Below are positions 37,951 through 47,189 of a stretch of 62,240 nt of DNA, in pieces. The number at the start of each line of letters is the position of its first letter. Position 1 is the stretch's first letter. This stretch comes from a virus (lineage: Duplodnaviria > Caudoviricetes): the IMG/VR virus record IMGVR_UViG_3300048848_000060, positions 1 through 62,240 of that record; one strand, 5' to 3'. The position numbers and the translations under genes were made by a program. The notes beneath the pieces were generated by a model, which saw only the letters and a list, made by a program, of their open reading frames with translations, did no database searches and was not told where the DNA came from.

Positions 37951-38799
37951 GTGATCCCATCGTTTGAACAGCGGCACAGCCGTGGCGGGCGCGCGCTGCC
38001 GATGGGTGGCGGCTCGCCCGACACATCGGGCCAGAACCAGGCAGCGCTGGAGCAGTCCAAACTGTCCAGGGAGCAACTGGACTGGGCGAAGGAGGTCTAC
38101 GCCGAAACCGCGCCGGAGCGCGCCGAGGCCGCGGCACGCGCAAACGCAGTCTCCGACGCCCAACTCGCGGCCACGCAGCAGCAGACCGCCATCGCAGCTG
38201 ACGCCTACAAGGACTACACCACCACCTATCGCCCACTCGAGCAGGAAATCGTCGCCGAGGCGCAGGGCTACGACACGCCGGAGCGGCGCGCGGCCGAGGC
38301 TGCCGCTGCAGGCGCCGATGTGCAGACCCAGGTCGATGCGCAGCGCGCGGCGACGATGCGCGAGATGCAGCGCGCCGGGGTCAACCCTGCCAGCGGCAAG
38401 ATCATGGCGCTGCAAGGCTCGATGGATCTCGGAGCCGCCAAGGCCAAGGCCGGCGCGGCCAACACGGCTGTGCGCCAGATCGAGACCATCGGCGCCGCGA
38501 AGAAGGCGGACGCGGCGAACCTCGGCCGCAACATCGCCAGCAGCCAGGCGACAAACGCATCGCTGGCACTGCAGCAGGGCAACAGCTCGGTTGCGAACGC
38601 CGGCGCGGGCTTGGCAGCGACCAACTCGGGGACTGCCGCGATGCAGGCCGGCTACTCCGGTGCCCAGTCCGGCCTGGCGGGCGCTGCCAACACCTACGGG
38701 AACATCGCGACGGTGCAGGGGCAGGCGAGCGCCGCATCCAGCGCGAACACCACCGCCGGGCTCGGCGCTGCCGCCACTGTCGCGGCCATCGTGATCTGA
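37951..38799 (+). CDS. Internal virion / ejection protein
   Basis: A/Q/G-rich; GVNP.SG; follows GNAT; AAGGAG before GTG. Confidence 0.7.
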   Translation: MIPSFEQRHSRGGRALPMGGGSPDTSGQNQAALEQSKLSREQLDWAKEVYAETAPERAEAAARANAVSDAQLAATQQQTAIAADAYKDYTTTYRPLEQEIVAEAQGYDTPERRAAEAAAAGADVQTQVDAQRAATMREMQRAGVNPASGKIMALQGSMDLGAAKAKAGAANTAVRQIETIGAAKKADAANLGRNIASSQATNASLALQQGNSSVANAGAGLAATNSGTAAMQAGYSGAQSGLAGAANTYGNIATVQGQASAASSANTTAGLGAAATVAAIVI

Positions 38800-39551
38800 T
38801 GATGCTGGACCACGCCACCATCGCCGCGGCCTTCGAGCGCCACGCCCGTGTCGGCTTCCAGTTCAGCGGGGGACGGGACTCGACGGCCGCCCTGTACGTC
38901 CTGCGCGAGTTCTGGCCGCGCATGACCGTCTACCACCTCGACACAGGCGACCAGTTCCCCGAGACGCGCGATGTGGTCGCGCGCGTGGCGCAGGACCTGC
39001 CGATCGTGGTCATTCGCACCGATGTGGCGGCGCTGCGCGAGCAGTTCGGCATGCCCAGCGACATCGTCCCTGTGGACAACACTTCGATCGGCCGCATGGT
39101 GTCGGGCCAGGCCCAGCTGCTACAGGGCCGGTACGACTGTTGCGCGCGCGCTTTGATGGTGCCGATGCACGAGCAAATGATCCGCGACGGCATCACGCTT
39201 CTCGTACGCGGCCAGCGCGACGACGAGTACGCAGCCCCGCCGCTGCGCTCGGGCGACAGCAGCGAAGGCTTCGAGGTGCTGTACCCGATCCAGAGCTGGA
39301 GCCCGGGCGACGTGATGGAGTATCTGCGCGCGCACGGCCTGCCGCTGGCGCCGTTCTACGAGCGAGGGATGCGCCGGGCACCGGAATGCATGGGCTGCAC
39401 CGCCTGGTGGGATGAAGGCCGCGCTGCCTACATGCGCGAGCACCACCCGGCCGCCTTCGGCGTCTACGAGCAGCGCATCCGCATCGTGCGAGCGCAGATT
39501 CATCAACAGGCCAGGATGCTGGTCGAGGAATTGGAGGCCTGCGATGGCTAA
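38799..39551 (+). CDS. PAPS/APS reductase-family protein
   Basis: FSGGRDS, DTGDQFPET, DCC, RGQR.DE, PI.SW, CMGC. Confidence 0.85.
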   Translation: MMLDHATIAAAFERHARVGFQFSGGRDSTAALYVLREFWPRMTVYHLDTGDQFPETRDVVARVAQDLPIVVIRTDVAALREQFGMPSDIVPVDNTSIGRMVSGQAQLLQGRYDCCARALMVPMHEQMIRDGITLLVRGQRDDEYAAPPLRSGDSSEGFEVLYPIQSWSPGDVMEYLRAHGLPLAPFYERGMRRAPECMGCTAWWDEGRAAYMREHHPAAFGVYEQRIRIVRAQIHQQARMLVEELEACDG

Positions 39552-41094
39552 CGGTTGGGGTCACGCCCTTGCGGGCATCGTGGGCGGCTATCTGGCCGGC
39601 CAGAAGATCGTGCGCGGCCAGGATGAGTACGAGGCCGAGAAGAAGCTGAAGGCCGAGGACCGCGAGCACCTGCAGCAGCAGCGCGCGCGCCTGGCGAAGG
39701 AGCAAGGCGAGGAAGACGCCCTGCGCAGCAACCTGCGCGCCGCGGCCGCACCTGTCGCGCTCACCGAGGGCGCCGGCGGCATGGTCCGGCCGGACACGAT
39801 GGACAACCGCGATGTCGGCCTGCCGGAGAACGCGAGCCAGCCCAACGACGGCTTGATGCCGGTGGCCTACCGCATCGGTGCGCAGGGCTTCGCCGACCGC
39901 GGCGCGGCCGAGGCAGCTGTGCAGAAACAGAACTCACCCGAGGCGGTGAACCAGCGCGTCATGGCCGCCTACCAGGGCGCCGGCCAGTTCGACAAGGCGA
40001 TCCAGATCCAGGCGGCGCAACGGCAAGCTGCAGCCGGCGATCTGGCGCTCAAGCAGGCCAAGGACGGAGACGCCCGGGACAACGCATTCCGCCAGGTCGT
40101 GACGGCGTTCCATGCGGGGGGCTGGGGTGCCATTCCGAAGATCTACGAGGGCTACAACGACGGCAACTCGGCTAAGGTCGTCGAGGACGGAAAGGGTGGC
40201 GCGACCGTCATCAGCATTGGGCCAGATGGCAAGGAGGTCGGCCGGAATACCTTCTCGAAGCCGATGGACTTCATCACTGGCCAGGTGGCCAGGATGGATC
40301 CCAAGCTGTGGGTTGGCTTGGAGGACAAGCGGGCTGATCGGCAGGAAACCCGTGCGATTCAGAGTTCTACGGTAGCGCGCACCCAGGCCAACGCCGACCG
40401 CGACTATCAGCTGCGCGTCGACAACGCCGCCGAGACGCGCCGGCACAACCAAGTGGCGGAGACCACCGCTGCCGCGCGCGCGAAGACGGGCGACGCAAAG
40501 CCGCTGCCCACTGCCGCGCTCAAGATGGTGCAGGAAGGCAAGGACGCCATTGGCACCGCATCGAGCATCAACGCCGACCTCTCGGCCATCGACAAGCAGA
40601 TCGCAGACGGCAAGCTGACCTTCGGCCCGCTGAGCAACCTGGCCAATGCCGGGCTGAACGCCGTCGGGGCCAGCACCGAGGAAAGCCGCAACTTCGCCAC
40701 CTTCAAGGCGAACATGGAAAAGCTGCGCAACGACTCCCTGCGGTTGAACAAGGGCGTGCAGACCGACGGCGACGCCCAGCGCGCATGGAACGAGCTGTTC
40801 CAGTCCATCAGCGACACGAAGGTCGTGCAGCAGCGGCTTGCCGAGATCCAGAAGATCAACGATCGCGCGGTGCAGCTGCGCAAGCTGGACATCGACGGCG
40901 TTCTGGCCAACTATGGGCACCAGCCGATGGACACCAGCGCCTACACCGACCAGCCGGCGGCGGTCGGCGGCAAGCCCGCGACGCGCGCCCAGGCCCCGGC
41001 AGCCGGCGCCACCGTGCGCGGCGAGGGCGGCCAGCAGTTCCGCTTCAAGGGCGGCGACCCGAAGGACCGCAACAGCTGGGAGCCGGTGCAATGA
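39544..41094 (+). CDS. Internal virion / ejection protein
   Basis: N-terminal G-rich amphipathic segment; [13 protein letters not shown]; C-terminal FKGGDP.D.NSWE. Confidence 0.7.
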   Translation: MANGWGHALAGIVGGYLAGQKIVRGQDEYEAEKKLKAEDREHLQQQRARLAKEQGEEDALRSNLRAAAAPVALTEGAGGMVRPDTMDNRDVGLPENASQPNDGLMPVAYRIGAQGFADRGAAEAAVQKQNSPEAVNQRVMAAYQGAGQFDKAIQIQAAQRQAAAGDLALKQAKDGDARDNAFRQVVTAFHAGGWGAIPKIYEGYNDGNSAKVVEDGKGGATVISIGPDGKEVGRNTFSKPMDFITGQVARMDPKLWVGLEDKRADRQETRAIQSSTVARTQANADRDYQLRVDNAAETRRHNQVAETTAAARAKTGDAKPLPTAALKMVQEGKDAIGTASSINADLSAIDKQIADGKLTFGPLSNLANAGLNAVGASTEESRNFATFKANMEKLRNDSLRLNKGVQTDGDAQRAWNELFQSISDTKVVQQRLAEIQKINDRAVQLRKLDIDGVLANYGHQPMDTSAYTDQPAAVGGKPATRAQAPAAGATVRGEGGQQFRFKGGDPKDRNSWEPVQ

Positions 41095-44000
41095 CGCAGC
41101 CGTGGGAGCGCGAATGGTCCGCGGCGCCGGCCAAGGCCTGGAGCTTCGACGACGCGCTGCAGGCCGAGGGCGTGTCCGGGCCGGTGGCGGACATCGCGCG
41201 CTCGATCTACCAGCAGGAGAGCTCGAGCGGCAAGAACACGAAGACGTCCAATGCCGGCGCGCGCGGGGGCATGCAGGTCTTGCCCGGCACTTTCCGCGAG
41301 GTGGCGGACCAGGGCTGGAGCATCGACGACCCCGACCACAACGCGCGCGCCGGCATCCGCTATGTGCGCCAGATGTTCGACCGCGCCGGCGGCGACCCGG
41401 CGCTGGCGGCGGCCGGCTACTACGGGGGGCCGGGCGGGCTGGAGAAGGCGCGCCGCGGCGTGGCCGTGGCGGATCCACGCAACCCCAACGCGCCGACAAC
41501 GCTGGAGTACGGCCGCCAGGTGGCCGCCCGCCTGCCGGCGCACAAATCACCCGTGATGCAGGGCATCGAAGCCATGACCAATGCCATCGTGCCGTCGGCC
41601 CAGGCCGCGCAGGAGCCGAATCCCTGGGATCGCGAGTGGCAGGAGCCAGCAGCCGCAGCGCCTGCTGACCAGCCTTCGGCGCTGAGCCGCTTTGCTCAAG
41701 GCGTCAGCGTCGGCGCGCGCGGCTTGGCTACAGGCCTGGCCAGCCTCCCAGGCATCGTGACCGATGCGGCGACCGGCCTGGTCAATGAGGGGCTGGACTT
41801 GTACCACGACCAGCGGGCGCCGACCGTCCGCGAGCTGGTCACGGGCAAGGAGAAGGGCTTCCGGTTCCAGACCGCACGCAGCGCCCTGAACAACGTCATG
41901 GACGCCGCCGGCGTGCCTGATGCGCAGAACGGATTCCAGCGCGTCGCGCGCTATGCCACCGAAGGCGCGGCCAGCGCGGCCGCCTTCCTTGGCGCCGGCG
42001 GCGTGCTGTCGCGCGCGGCGGGGAAGGTTACCCAAGCTGTCGGCAAGATCATGGCCGCCGGTCCGGGCCTGCAGGTGGCCAGCGGCGCAGCTGGCGGCAC
42101 AGCATCCAGCGCGACGCGCGAGGCCGGCGGCGGCGAGGTGGCGCAGACCGTGGCCGGGCTCGTCGGCGGCATGGCGCCATCGGTGCTGCCGTACGCTGGC
42201 CAGGCCGCCGTGCGCGGCGCGCTGCGCGGCGGCGAGGCGGGTCGCCAGCGCGTGGCCGACAACATCGCCATGTTCGAGGACGCCACCGGCGCGGTGCCCA
42301 CGCTGGGCCAGGCCACCGAGGGCCGCTGGCAGCGCGGCGCCGAGTCGCTGCTCGGCCGCGCGCCGGGCGGTGCCGGGGTCATCGCCAAGGCGGGAGAGCG
42401 GCAGGCCGACAAGCTGGCCGAGGCCGTGCAGAAGCTGTCCGACGACCTGGCGCCAGGTGCCAACGCCATGACGGCCGGCGAGTCCATCGCCAAGGGAATT
42501 TCCGGGTTCAAGGCCGGCATGCAGCAGGTGCAGAGCCGGCTCTACAACACCCTGGACCAGTTCCTGCCGCCGCAGACGCCGGTGCAGACCACCCGCACCC
42601 AGCAGGCCCTGGCCGACCTGAACGCCGATATCGCTGGCGCGCCCGAGCTGTCGAAGTGGTTCAAGAACGCCCGCATTCAGGGCATCGACTCGGCAATGCA
42701 GTCCGACCTCGCCCAGGCGGCGGTGCCAGGCGCCCTCCCGTACGAGGCCATCAAGAAGCTGCGCACCCTGGTCGGCCGCGAAATCTCGGAGGCCACGCTG
42801 GTGAGCGACGTGCCGCGCTCGAAGTGGACTGCGCTCTACGGCGCGCTGTCCGAAGATCTCGGCGACGTGGCGAAGGCGGCCGGGCCCGAGGCTGCCGCGC
42901 GCTTGACCTGGGCCAACGGGTTCTCGCGCACGCAGATCGCGCGCCTGGAGGAGCTGCAGAGCATCGTCGACCGCAACGCGCCGGAGAAGATCTTCAGCGC
43001 GGCGCTGTCAGGCACTGCCGAGGGCAACACCATCGTGTCCCGGGTGTTCTCCGCGCTGCCGAAGCAGAACCGCAAGGAAGTGGCTGCCGCCGTGCTGCAG
43101 CGGCTGGGCCGGGCCACGGCAAGCCAGCAGGACGCGGCCGGCGACGCCTTCAGCAGCGAGACCTTCCTGAGCAACCTGTCCAAGCTGTCGCCTGGCGCGC
43201 GCAAGACGCTGTTCGGCCGGCTGGACGTGCCAGGACTGGAGCAGAAGATCGCCGGCATCGCCAAGATCGCCGAGTCGCGGCGCGAGGGCGGACGCGTGTT
43301 CGCGAACTCGAGCGGCACCGCGGGCGCCACTGCGCAACTGACGTGGGTCGGAAGTTTGGGCGCAGCACTGGCGACCGGGGATCCTGCGCTGATTGCTGCG
43401 GCAGCTGGCGCGCCGGTGCTTGCGAGTTTGACGGCGCGCGCAGTCACGAATCCAGAACTGGTGCGCTTCGCGGCGCGGCAGACCGTGGCGGCGCCAGGCA
43501 CCGCCGCCACTGCGGTCGGTTCGGCGGCGCGAGCGTTGAGCCCGCCGCCGGCCCCCGCACCGGAGTCGCTGGAGATGCCCGCTGGCTTAGAAGGCCCCTG
43601 GCAGATGGACTGGGGCGGCGCGGAGGCCGCGCCTGCGCCGGCTGCCGGCGGCGCCGAGCCCGCAGCCGCACCGGCTGCACCTTCTGAGCCTGCGGCCGAC
43701 GCATCCCCTGCGCGTCCGGCCGGTCTGGTCACGCCAGGCAACATCGACTTGCAGAACCGCCCGCGCGTGAAGAACGCCGATGGAAGCGTCAGCACAGTTC
43801 GAAGCATGTCCATCGGCACAGAGGATGGCGAGGTGCTGATTCCGACGGTCAGCGAGGACGGCCGGATCATGAGCGACGAAGATGCCATCGAGGAATACCG
43901 TCGAAGCGGCCGGCACCTGGGTGTGTTCGGCTCTCCCGATGAGGCCAATGCCTATGCCGAGGATCTGCACAAGCAGCAAGAACGCATGATCGAGACGCCG

Positions 44001-44636
44001 GCAGCGCAGCCCCGCGCGCGCGCTCCGGCCGAAATCACGCAGCCGCTCGAGCCGGTCGCCCTGGCCAGCGCCGCCCCGGTCACGCCGGTGGCGGCTGACG
44101 GCGGCGCGCCGGCGGATGCTCCCGTCGCAGAGGCCGAGCCAGCCGACCCGATTACGACGGCGGCGAACGAGGCGGCCACCAGCCCGACGAACGACCGGCC
44201 GGAGCCGACCGAGGCCCAGCGCGAGGCCGGCAACTACAAGAAGGGGCACATCAAGGTCGGCGGCCTCGACGTGACGGTCGAGCACCCGGCCGGCTCGGTG
44301 CGCAAGGGCAGGGCGGCCGATGGCACGCCGTGGGAGCGGCCGATGTCGGCCCACTACGGTTACATCCGCCGCACCGAGGGCGCCGATGGCGACCAGGTCG
44401 ACGTTTACGTCGGCCCGAGGCCGGACTTCGGCGTGGCCTACGTGGTAGATCAGGTCGACAAGGACGGCAAATTCGACGAGCACAAGGTGCTGCTGGGCTA
44501 CACCAACCAGCTGGCGGCGAAGCGCGCCTACTCCGCGCACTACCCGGCAGGGTTCAAGGTGGGGAAGGTGACGGCGGTCCCGGTGTCGGAACTGCGGGCC
44601 TGGCTGGCCGACACAAAGGCGCCGGCTACGGCTTGA
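41091..44636 (+). CDS. Large multidomain ejection protein: SLT lytic transglycosylase + core + polyvalent-protein-type inorganic pyrophosphatase domain
   Basis: QESS.G...[12 protein letters not shown]...AAGY.GG (SLT); EAGNYKKGH...[20 protein letters not shown]...FDEHKVLLG (InPase-like). Confidence 0.8.
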   Translation: MTQPWEREWSAAPAKAWSFDDALQAEGVSGPVADIARSIYQQESSSGKNTKTSNAGARGGMQVLPGTFREVADQGWSIDDPDHNARAGIRYVRQMFDRAGGDPALAAAGYYGGPGGLEKARRGVAVADPRNPNAPTTLEYGRQVAARLPAHKSPVMQGIEAMTNAIVPSAQAAQEPNPWDREWQEPAAAAPADQPSALSRFAQGVSVGARGLATGLASLPGIVTDAATGLVNEGLDLYHDQRAPTVRELVTGKEKGFRFQTARSALNNVMDAAGVPDAQNGFQRVARYATEGAASAAAFLGAGGVLSRAAGKVTQAVGKIMAAGPGLQVASGAAGGTASSATREAGGGEVAQTVAGLVGGMAPSVLPYAGQAAVRGALRGGEAGRQRVADNIAMFEDATGAVPTLGQATEGRWQRGAESLLGRAPGGAGVIAKAGERQADKLAEAVQKLSDDLAPGANAMTAGESIAKGISGFKAGMQQVQSRLYNTLDQFLPPQTPVQTTRTQQALADLNADIAGAPELSKWFKNARIQGIDSAMQSDLAQAAVPGALPYEAIKKLRTLVGREISEATLVSDVPRSKWTALYGALSEDLGDVAKAAGPEAAARLTWANGFSRTQIARLEELQSIVDRNAPEKIFSAALSGTAEGNTIVSRVFSALPKQNRKEVAAAVLQRLGRATASQQDAAGDAFSSETFLSNLSKLSPGARKTLFGRLDVPGLEQKIAGIAKIAESRREGGRVFANSSGTAGATAQLTWVGSLGAALATGDPALIAAAAGAPVLASLTARAVTNPELVRFAARQTVAAPGTAATAVGSAARALSPPPAPAPESLEMPAGLEGPWQMDWGGAEAAPAPAAGGAEPAAAPAAPSEPAADASPARPAGLVTPGNIDLQNRPRVKNADGSVSTVRSMSIGTEDGEVLIPTVSEDGRIMSDEDAIEEYRRSGRHLGVFGSPDEANAYAEDLHKQQERMIETPAAQPRARAPAEITQPLEPVALASAAPVTPVAADGGAPADAPVAEAEPADPITTAANEAATSPTNDRPEPTEAQREAGNYKKGHIKVGGLDVTVEHPAGSVRKGRAADGTPWERPMSAHYGYIRRTEGADGDQVDVYVGPRPDFGVAYVVDQVDKDGKFDEHKVLLGYTNQLAAKRAYSAHYPAGFKVGKVTAVPVSELRAWLADTKAPATA

Positions 44637-45453
44637 AGAAGAACGCGACAACCGCGTAGAGCACCCAGGCCATCAGACCAACCGTGGTCAGCACCAGGGC
44701 GATGACCTCCAAGGCGATCCAGTTATCCCGCCGGTACTGCTCGGCTTCCAGCCAGCGAGCGCTCTCCGCGAGGTCACGCGGAGGGGTGGAGGCGCCCATT
44801 GGCTTGTGCATCGCCGGAGGATACCAGCGCTGCAGCCAGCGCCCAAGCGCGGAAGCCCTGCCACGCTGCAGGTAGCGCTGCGCGGCGAGCAGGTGGCCCT
44901 CGACCTCGTCGTAGCCAGCCGGGATGTGGCGGTAGAGCCATTCCCGCTGGAAGTGGGCGAGGGCGGCGGCCGCGCGCTTGCGCACCGGGTTCTCCGGCTC
45001 GAACTGGCCGTTGCGCAGGTTCACGCTGCGCTCCACGATGCCGGCCGCCATCTCGTCGGCCAGCTCGGCGGGGTGCAGGTCGTCGCCGTAGGCATAGCGG
45101 ACCTCGTGGCGCAGGTCGCCCAGGTGCTCGCAGTTGTCGCGCGCGCCGTCGTTCATGGCCGCCATCAGCTCGGCCCAGGCCGGCCCCATGTGCTCGCGCA
45201 GGCCATGGTGCGCCACCGCCTCATGCGCAACCGTGCGGGCGATCCCGTGCGCAGGCTGGTCGGCCACCACCCACACCCGGCCGTCCATGAACAGGCCGCG
45301 GGCGTCGGCCGGCGCATCGACGGGCAGATCGGCCGCCTTGGGCACCACGGCGATGCTTGGCGCCGCGCGCCACCGCGCCGCGATGCGCTGCACCTGGCGC
45401 TCCACCTGGTCGGCGTGGGGGACGGGGCCGTCGATGTAGAGGTCGGGGATCAT
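44626..45453 (-). CDS. Zincin-like metallopeptidase (HExxxH) with C-terminal TM helix
   Basis: RGLF..GRVWVV...[12 protein letters not shown]...ADEMAA; hydrophobic C-terminus. Confidence 0.7.
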   Translation of the reverse strand: MIPDLYIDGPVPHADQVERQVQRIAARWRAAPSIAVVPKAADLPVDAPADARGLFMDGRVWVVADQPAHGIARTVAHEAVAHHGLREHMGPAWAELMAAMNDGARDNCEHLGDLRHEVRYAYGDDLHPAELADEMAAGIVERSVNLRNGQFEPENPVRKRAAAALAHFQREWLYRHIPAGYDEVEGHLLAAQRYLQRGRASALGRWLQRWYPPAMHKPMGASTPPRDLAESARWLEAEQYRRDNWIALEVIALVLTTVGLMAWVLYAVVAFFFKP

Positions 45454-45454
45454 G

Positions 45455-45862
45455 TCAGTACGGGTGCTCGCGTTGCATCTGCGCGCTGTTCCAGTCGTCC
45501 CAAAAGCGCCGCTTGGCCTCGGTGTACGACCACTGTTCACGGCCATCCTCGGGGCCGGACATGCGAAGGCCGCAGTCTGGGTCAAAAATGTTCTGGGTTC
45601 GCACGGCCGACAAGATGCAGGCGGGGCATTCATTCGCGGCCACGCACATGGCCTTGAAGCCTTGTGTGTCGAGGATTCGCAGCAGTTGGTCGCGGTTCGG
45701 CGCCGGCTCCGGGCCGCCTTCCTCTGCAACCATCTTGCACATGCGGCACACGCGCGCCGGGTTGCTGGTGCAGCCGGACTCATGCCGGCGCATCGCACTA
45801 GGACTTCCGTTGCCCTTGTTGCAGTGGTCGCAGTAATAGCGCGGACGCATGACCGTCTTCAC
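45455..45862 (-). CDS. Zn-finger protein
   Basis: YYCDHC...RRHESGC...CRMC...CPAC; GAGGAG RBS. Confidence 0.7.
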   Translation of the reverse strand: MKTVMRPRYYCDHCNKGNGSPSAMRRHESGCTSNPARVCRMCKMVAEEGGPEPAPNRDQLLRILDTQGFKAMCVAANECPACILSAVRTQNIFDPDCGLRMSGPEDGREQWSYTEAKRRFWDDWNSAQMQREHPY

Positions 45863-46158
45863 AGTTCTCCTCCTCGTTGGCCTGCGCGGAACGGTACGAC
45901 GTTGGCCAGCTCGCGCCCCACGCCGCCAGATTCGCGGAACGCCTCCCATGCCGCGAAGTGAACAGGGCAGTAGTGCAACTCCGGCGCGACCTCGGCTGCG
46001 TGACCGGCGCAGATGGCCGCGTCGCATGTCTTTCCTTGACCGACCGGGTAGTCGCAGAGGTAGTCACCGACCCGCATGCAGTGCTTGCAGTGCGCCCCGA
46101 ACTCGCCGCAGATGAAGCCGGGGCCAGCCGCGCCCGGGCCGAGCGCGTAGCAGGGCAT
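45859..46158 (-). CDS. Cys/His-rich Zn-binding protein
   Basis: CKHC...LCDYP...TCDAAIC..H...YCPVH. Confidence 0.72.
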   Translation of the reverse strand: MPCYALGPGAAGPGFICGEFGAHCKHCMRVGDYLCDYPVGQGKTCDAAICAGHAAEVAPELHYCPVHFAAWEAFRESGGVGRELANVVPFRAGQRGGEL

Positions 46159-46364
46159 CAGGCTGCCTCCAGCGCCAGAGCAGCGGCCGTGTCGATTCGA
46201 ACGCCGGCCACGAAAGCCGCTTCGACGTGGATCAGCGGCGCATAGCGGCGGCACTGCTCGCGGTCGTAGACGTAGCGGCCATCGTCAAACACCCAGACGA
46301 CGAACTGGGCGCCTTCGGTCTTGCTCTGCTTGGCGGCGATCTTCTCGGCGGCGGCTTGTTTCAT
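46158..46364 (-). CDS. Hypothetical protein, first gene of the counter-oriented cassette
   Basis: GGAG RBS; coupled to next gene. Confidence 0.65.
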   Translation of the reverse strand: MKQAAAEKIAAKQSKTEGAQFVVWVFDDGRYVYDREQCRRYAPLIHVEAAFVAGVRIDTAAALALEAA

Positions 46365-46395
46365 GTCTGACTCCAGTGCGTTGCGATGTAATTTA

Positions 46396-46452
46396 TTGTG
46401 GCAGCAAATAATCGGTGCGTCCATGAATATTTGGTGGCACTACAATTGCCAC
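46396..46452. promoter_or_regulatory. Divergent promoter/operator region
   Basis: AT-rich; GTGGCA-CTACAAT-TGCCAC inverted repeat 46434..46452 enclosing TACAAT; extra half-site TTGTGGCA 46396..46403. Confidence 0.6.
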
Positions 46453-46617
46453 ATGACCGAACCCAAACGCGGCCCTGGCCGACCGAAAGGCCCGACTGGC
46501 GAAGCCCGAGAGCGCCGCGCCATGTACCTGCCGGCTGCTCTTTGGGCCAAGATTGACCTGTACGGCAAGGATTGGCTGGAGCGGCTGATCGCCAAGGCCA
46601 AGCCGCCGAAGGAGTAG
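46453..46617 (+). CDS. Small AT-hook/RHH-like DNA-binding protein, probably leaderless
   Basis: KRGPGRPK then RRAMYLPAALWAKI...WLERLI; ATG 6 nt after TACAAT. Confidence 0.65.
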   Translation: MTEPKRGPGRPKGPTGEARERRAMYLPAALWAKIDLYGKDWLERLIAKAKPPKE

Positions 46618-46637
46618 GGCGCGCGCTACGCCAGCCG

Positions 46638-46674
46638 CACCCCCCTTGCACTGAGGCCCCGCGCCTCGAACAAT
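46638..46674 (+). promoter_or_regulatory. Candidate late promoter upstream of the fibre cluster
   Basis: CACCCCCC-TTGCAC-17 nt-AACAAT. Confidence 0.5.
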
Positions 46675-46808
46675 CCCCCTCGCACACACCACCTCTGGGC
46701 ACCGTGATCCGAAAGGATCTCGATGTCTGCTCCCACCGCGGCGCCGGCCCGTAAGCCGGCAGAAGTAGTTCCGGCCCGCTCCGGTGCTTTGCTGCGCCTG
46801 GGGGCTGC

Positions 46809-47189
46809 ATGAACGGAGCCACGCTCAACGGCTCCGGCGCTTATCCGATGTGGCTGCCTCCGGCGCCGCCGCGCACGGACGGCCGCACGGTCGAGCCGCA
46901 GGAGTTCATGGTCCCGTTCGTGCCCAAGGTCGTGCAGCAGCCGCGCGACGTGCGCGACTACGACCTCAACTTCCGCGATCTCGTCCCCTACGACGACACC
47001 GTAACCGACGCCACCGTCACGGTCGAGCCAGCAGGCCTGACCACGGACAAGCACGTCACCCACCCCCGCGTGAAGGTCTGGCTCGCCGATGGCGAGGCCG
47101 GTGCAGCCCACAAGGTCACCGTGGTGGCGCACACCGCAGGCGGCCGGGCCATCGAGGCCGACATGCAAGTGCGAATCAAGGAGCGGTGA
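46809..47189 (+). CDS. Fibre-tail adaptor-like protein
   Basis: QP.DVRDYDLNF...VKVWL.DG..G..HKVTV...TAGGR..E.D. Confidence 0.75.
   Translation: MNGATLNGSGAYPMWLPPAPPRTDGRTVEPQEFMVPFVPKVVQQPRDVRDYDLNFRDLVPYDDTVTDATVTVEPAGLTTDKHVTHPRVKVWLADGEAGAAHKVTVVAHTAGGRAIEADMQVRIKER

Noticed and set aside
38799-39551. Dnd/Ssp phosphorothioation or deazaguanine DNA-modification system
   Set aside because: No partner genes present; the enzyme sits alone among virion genes
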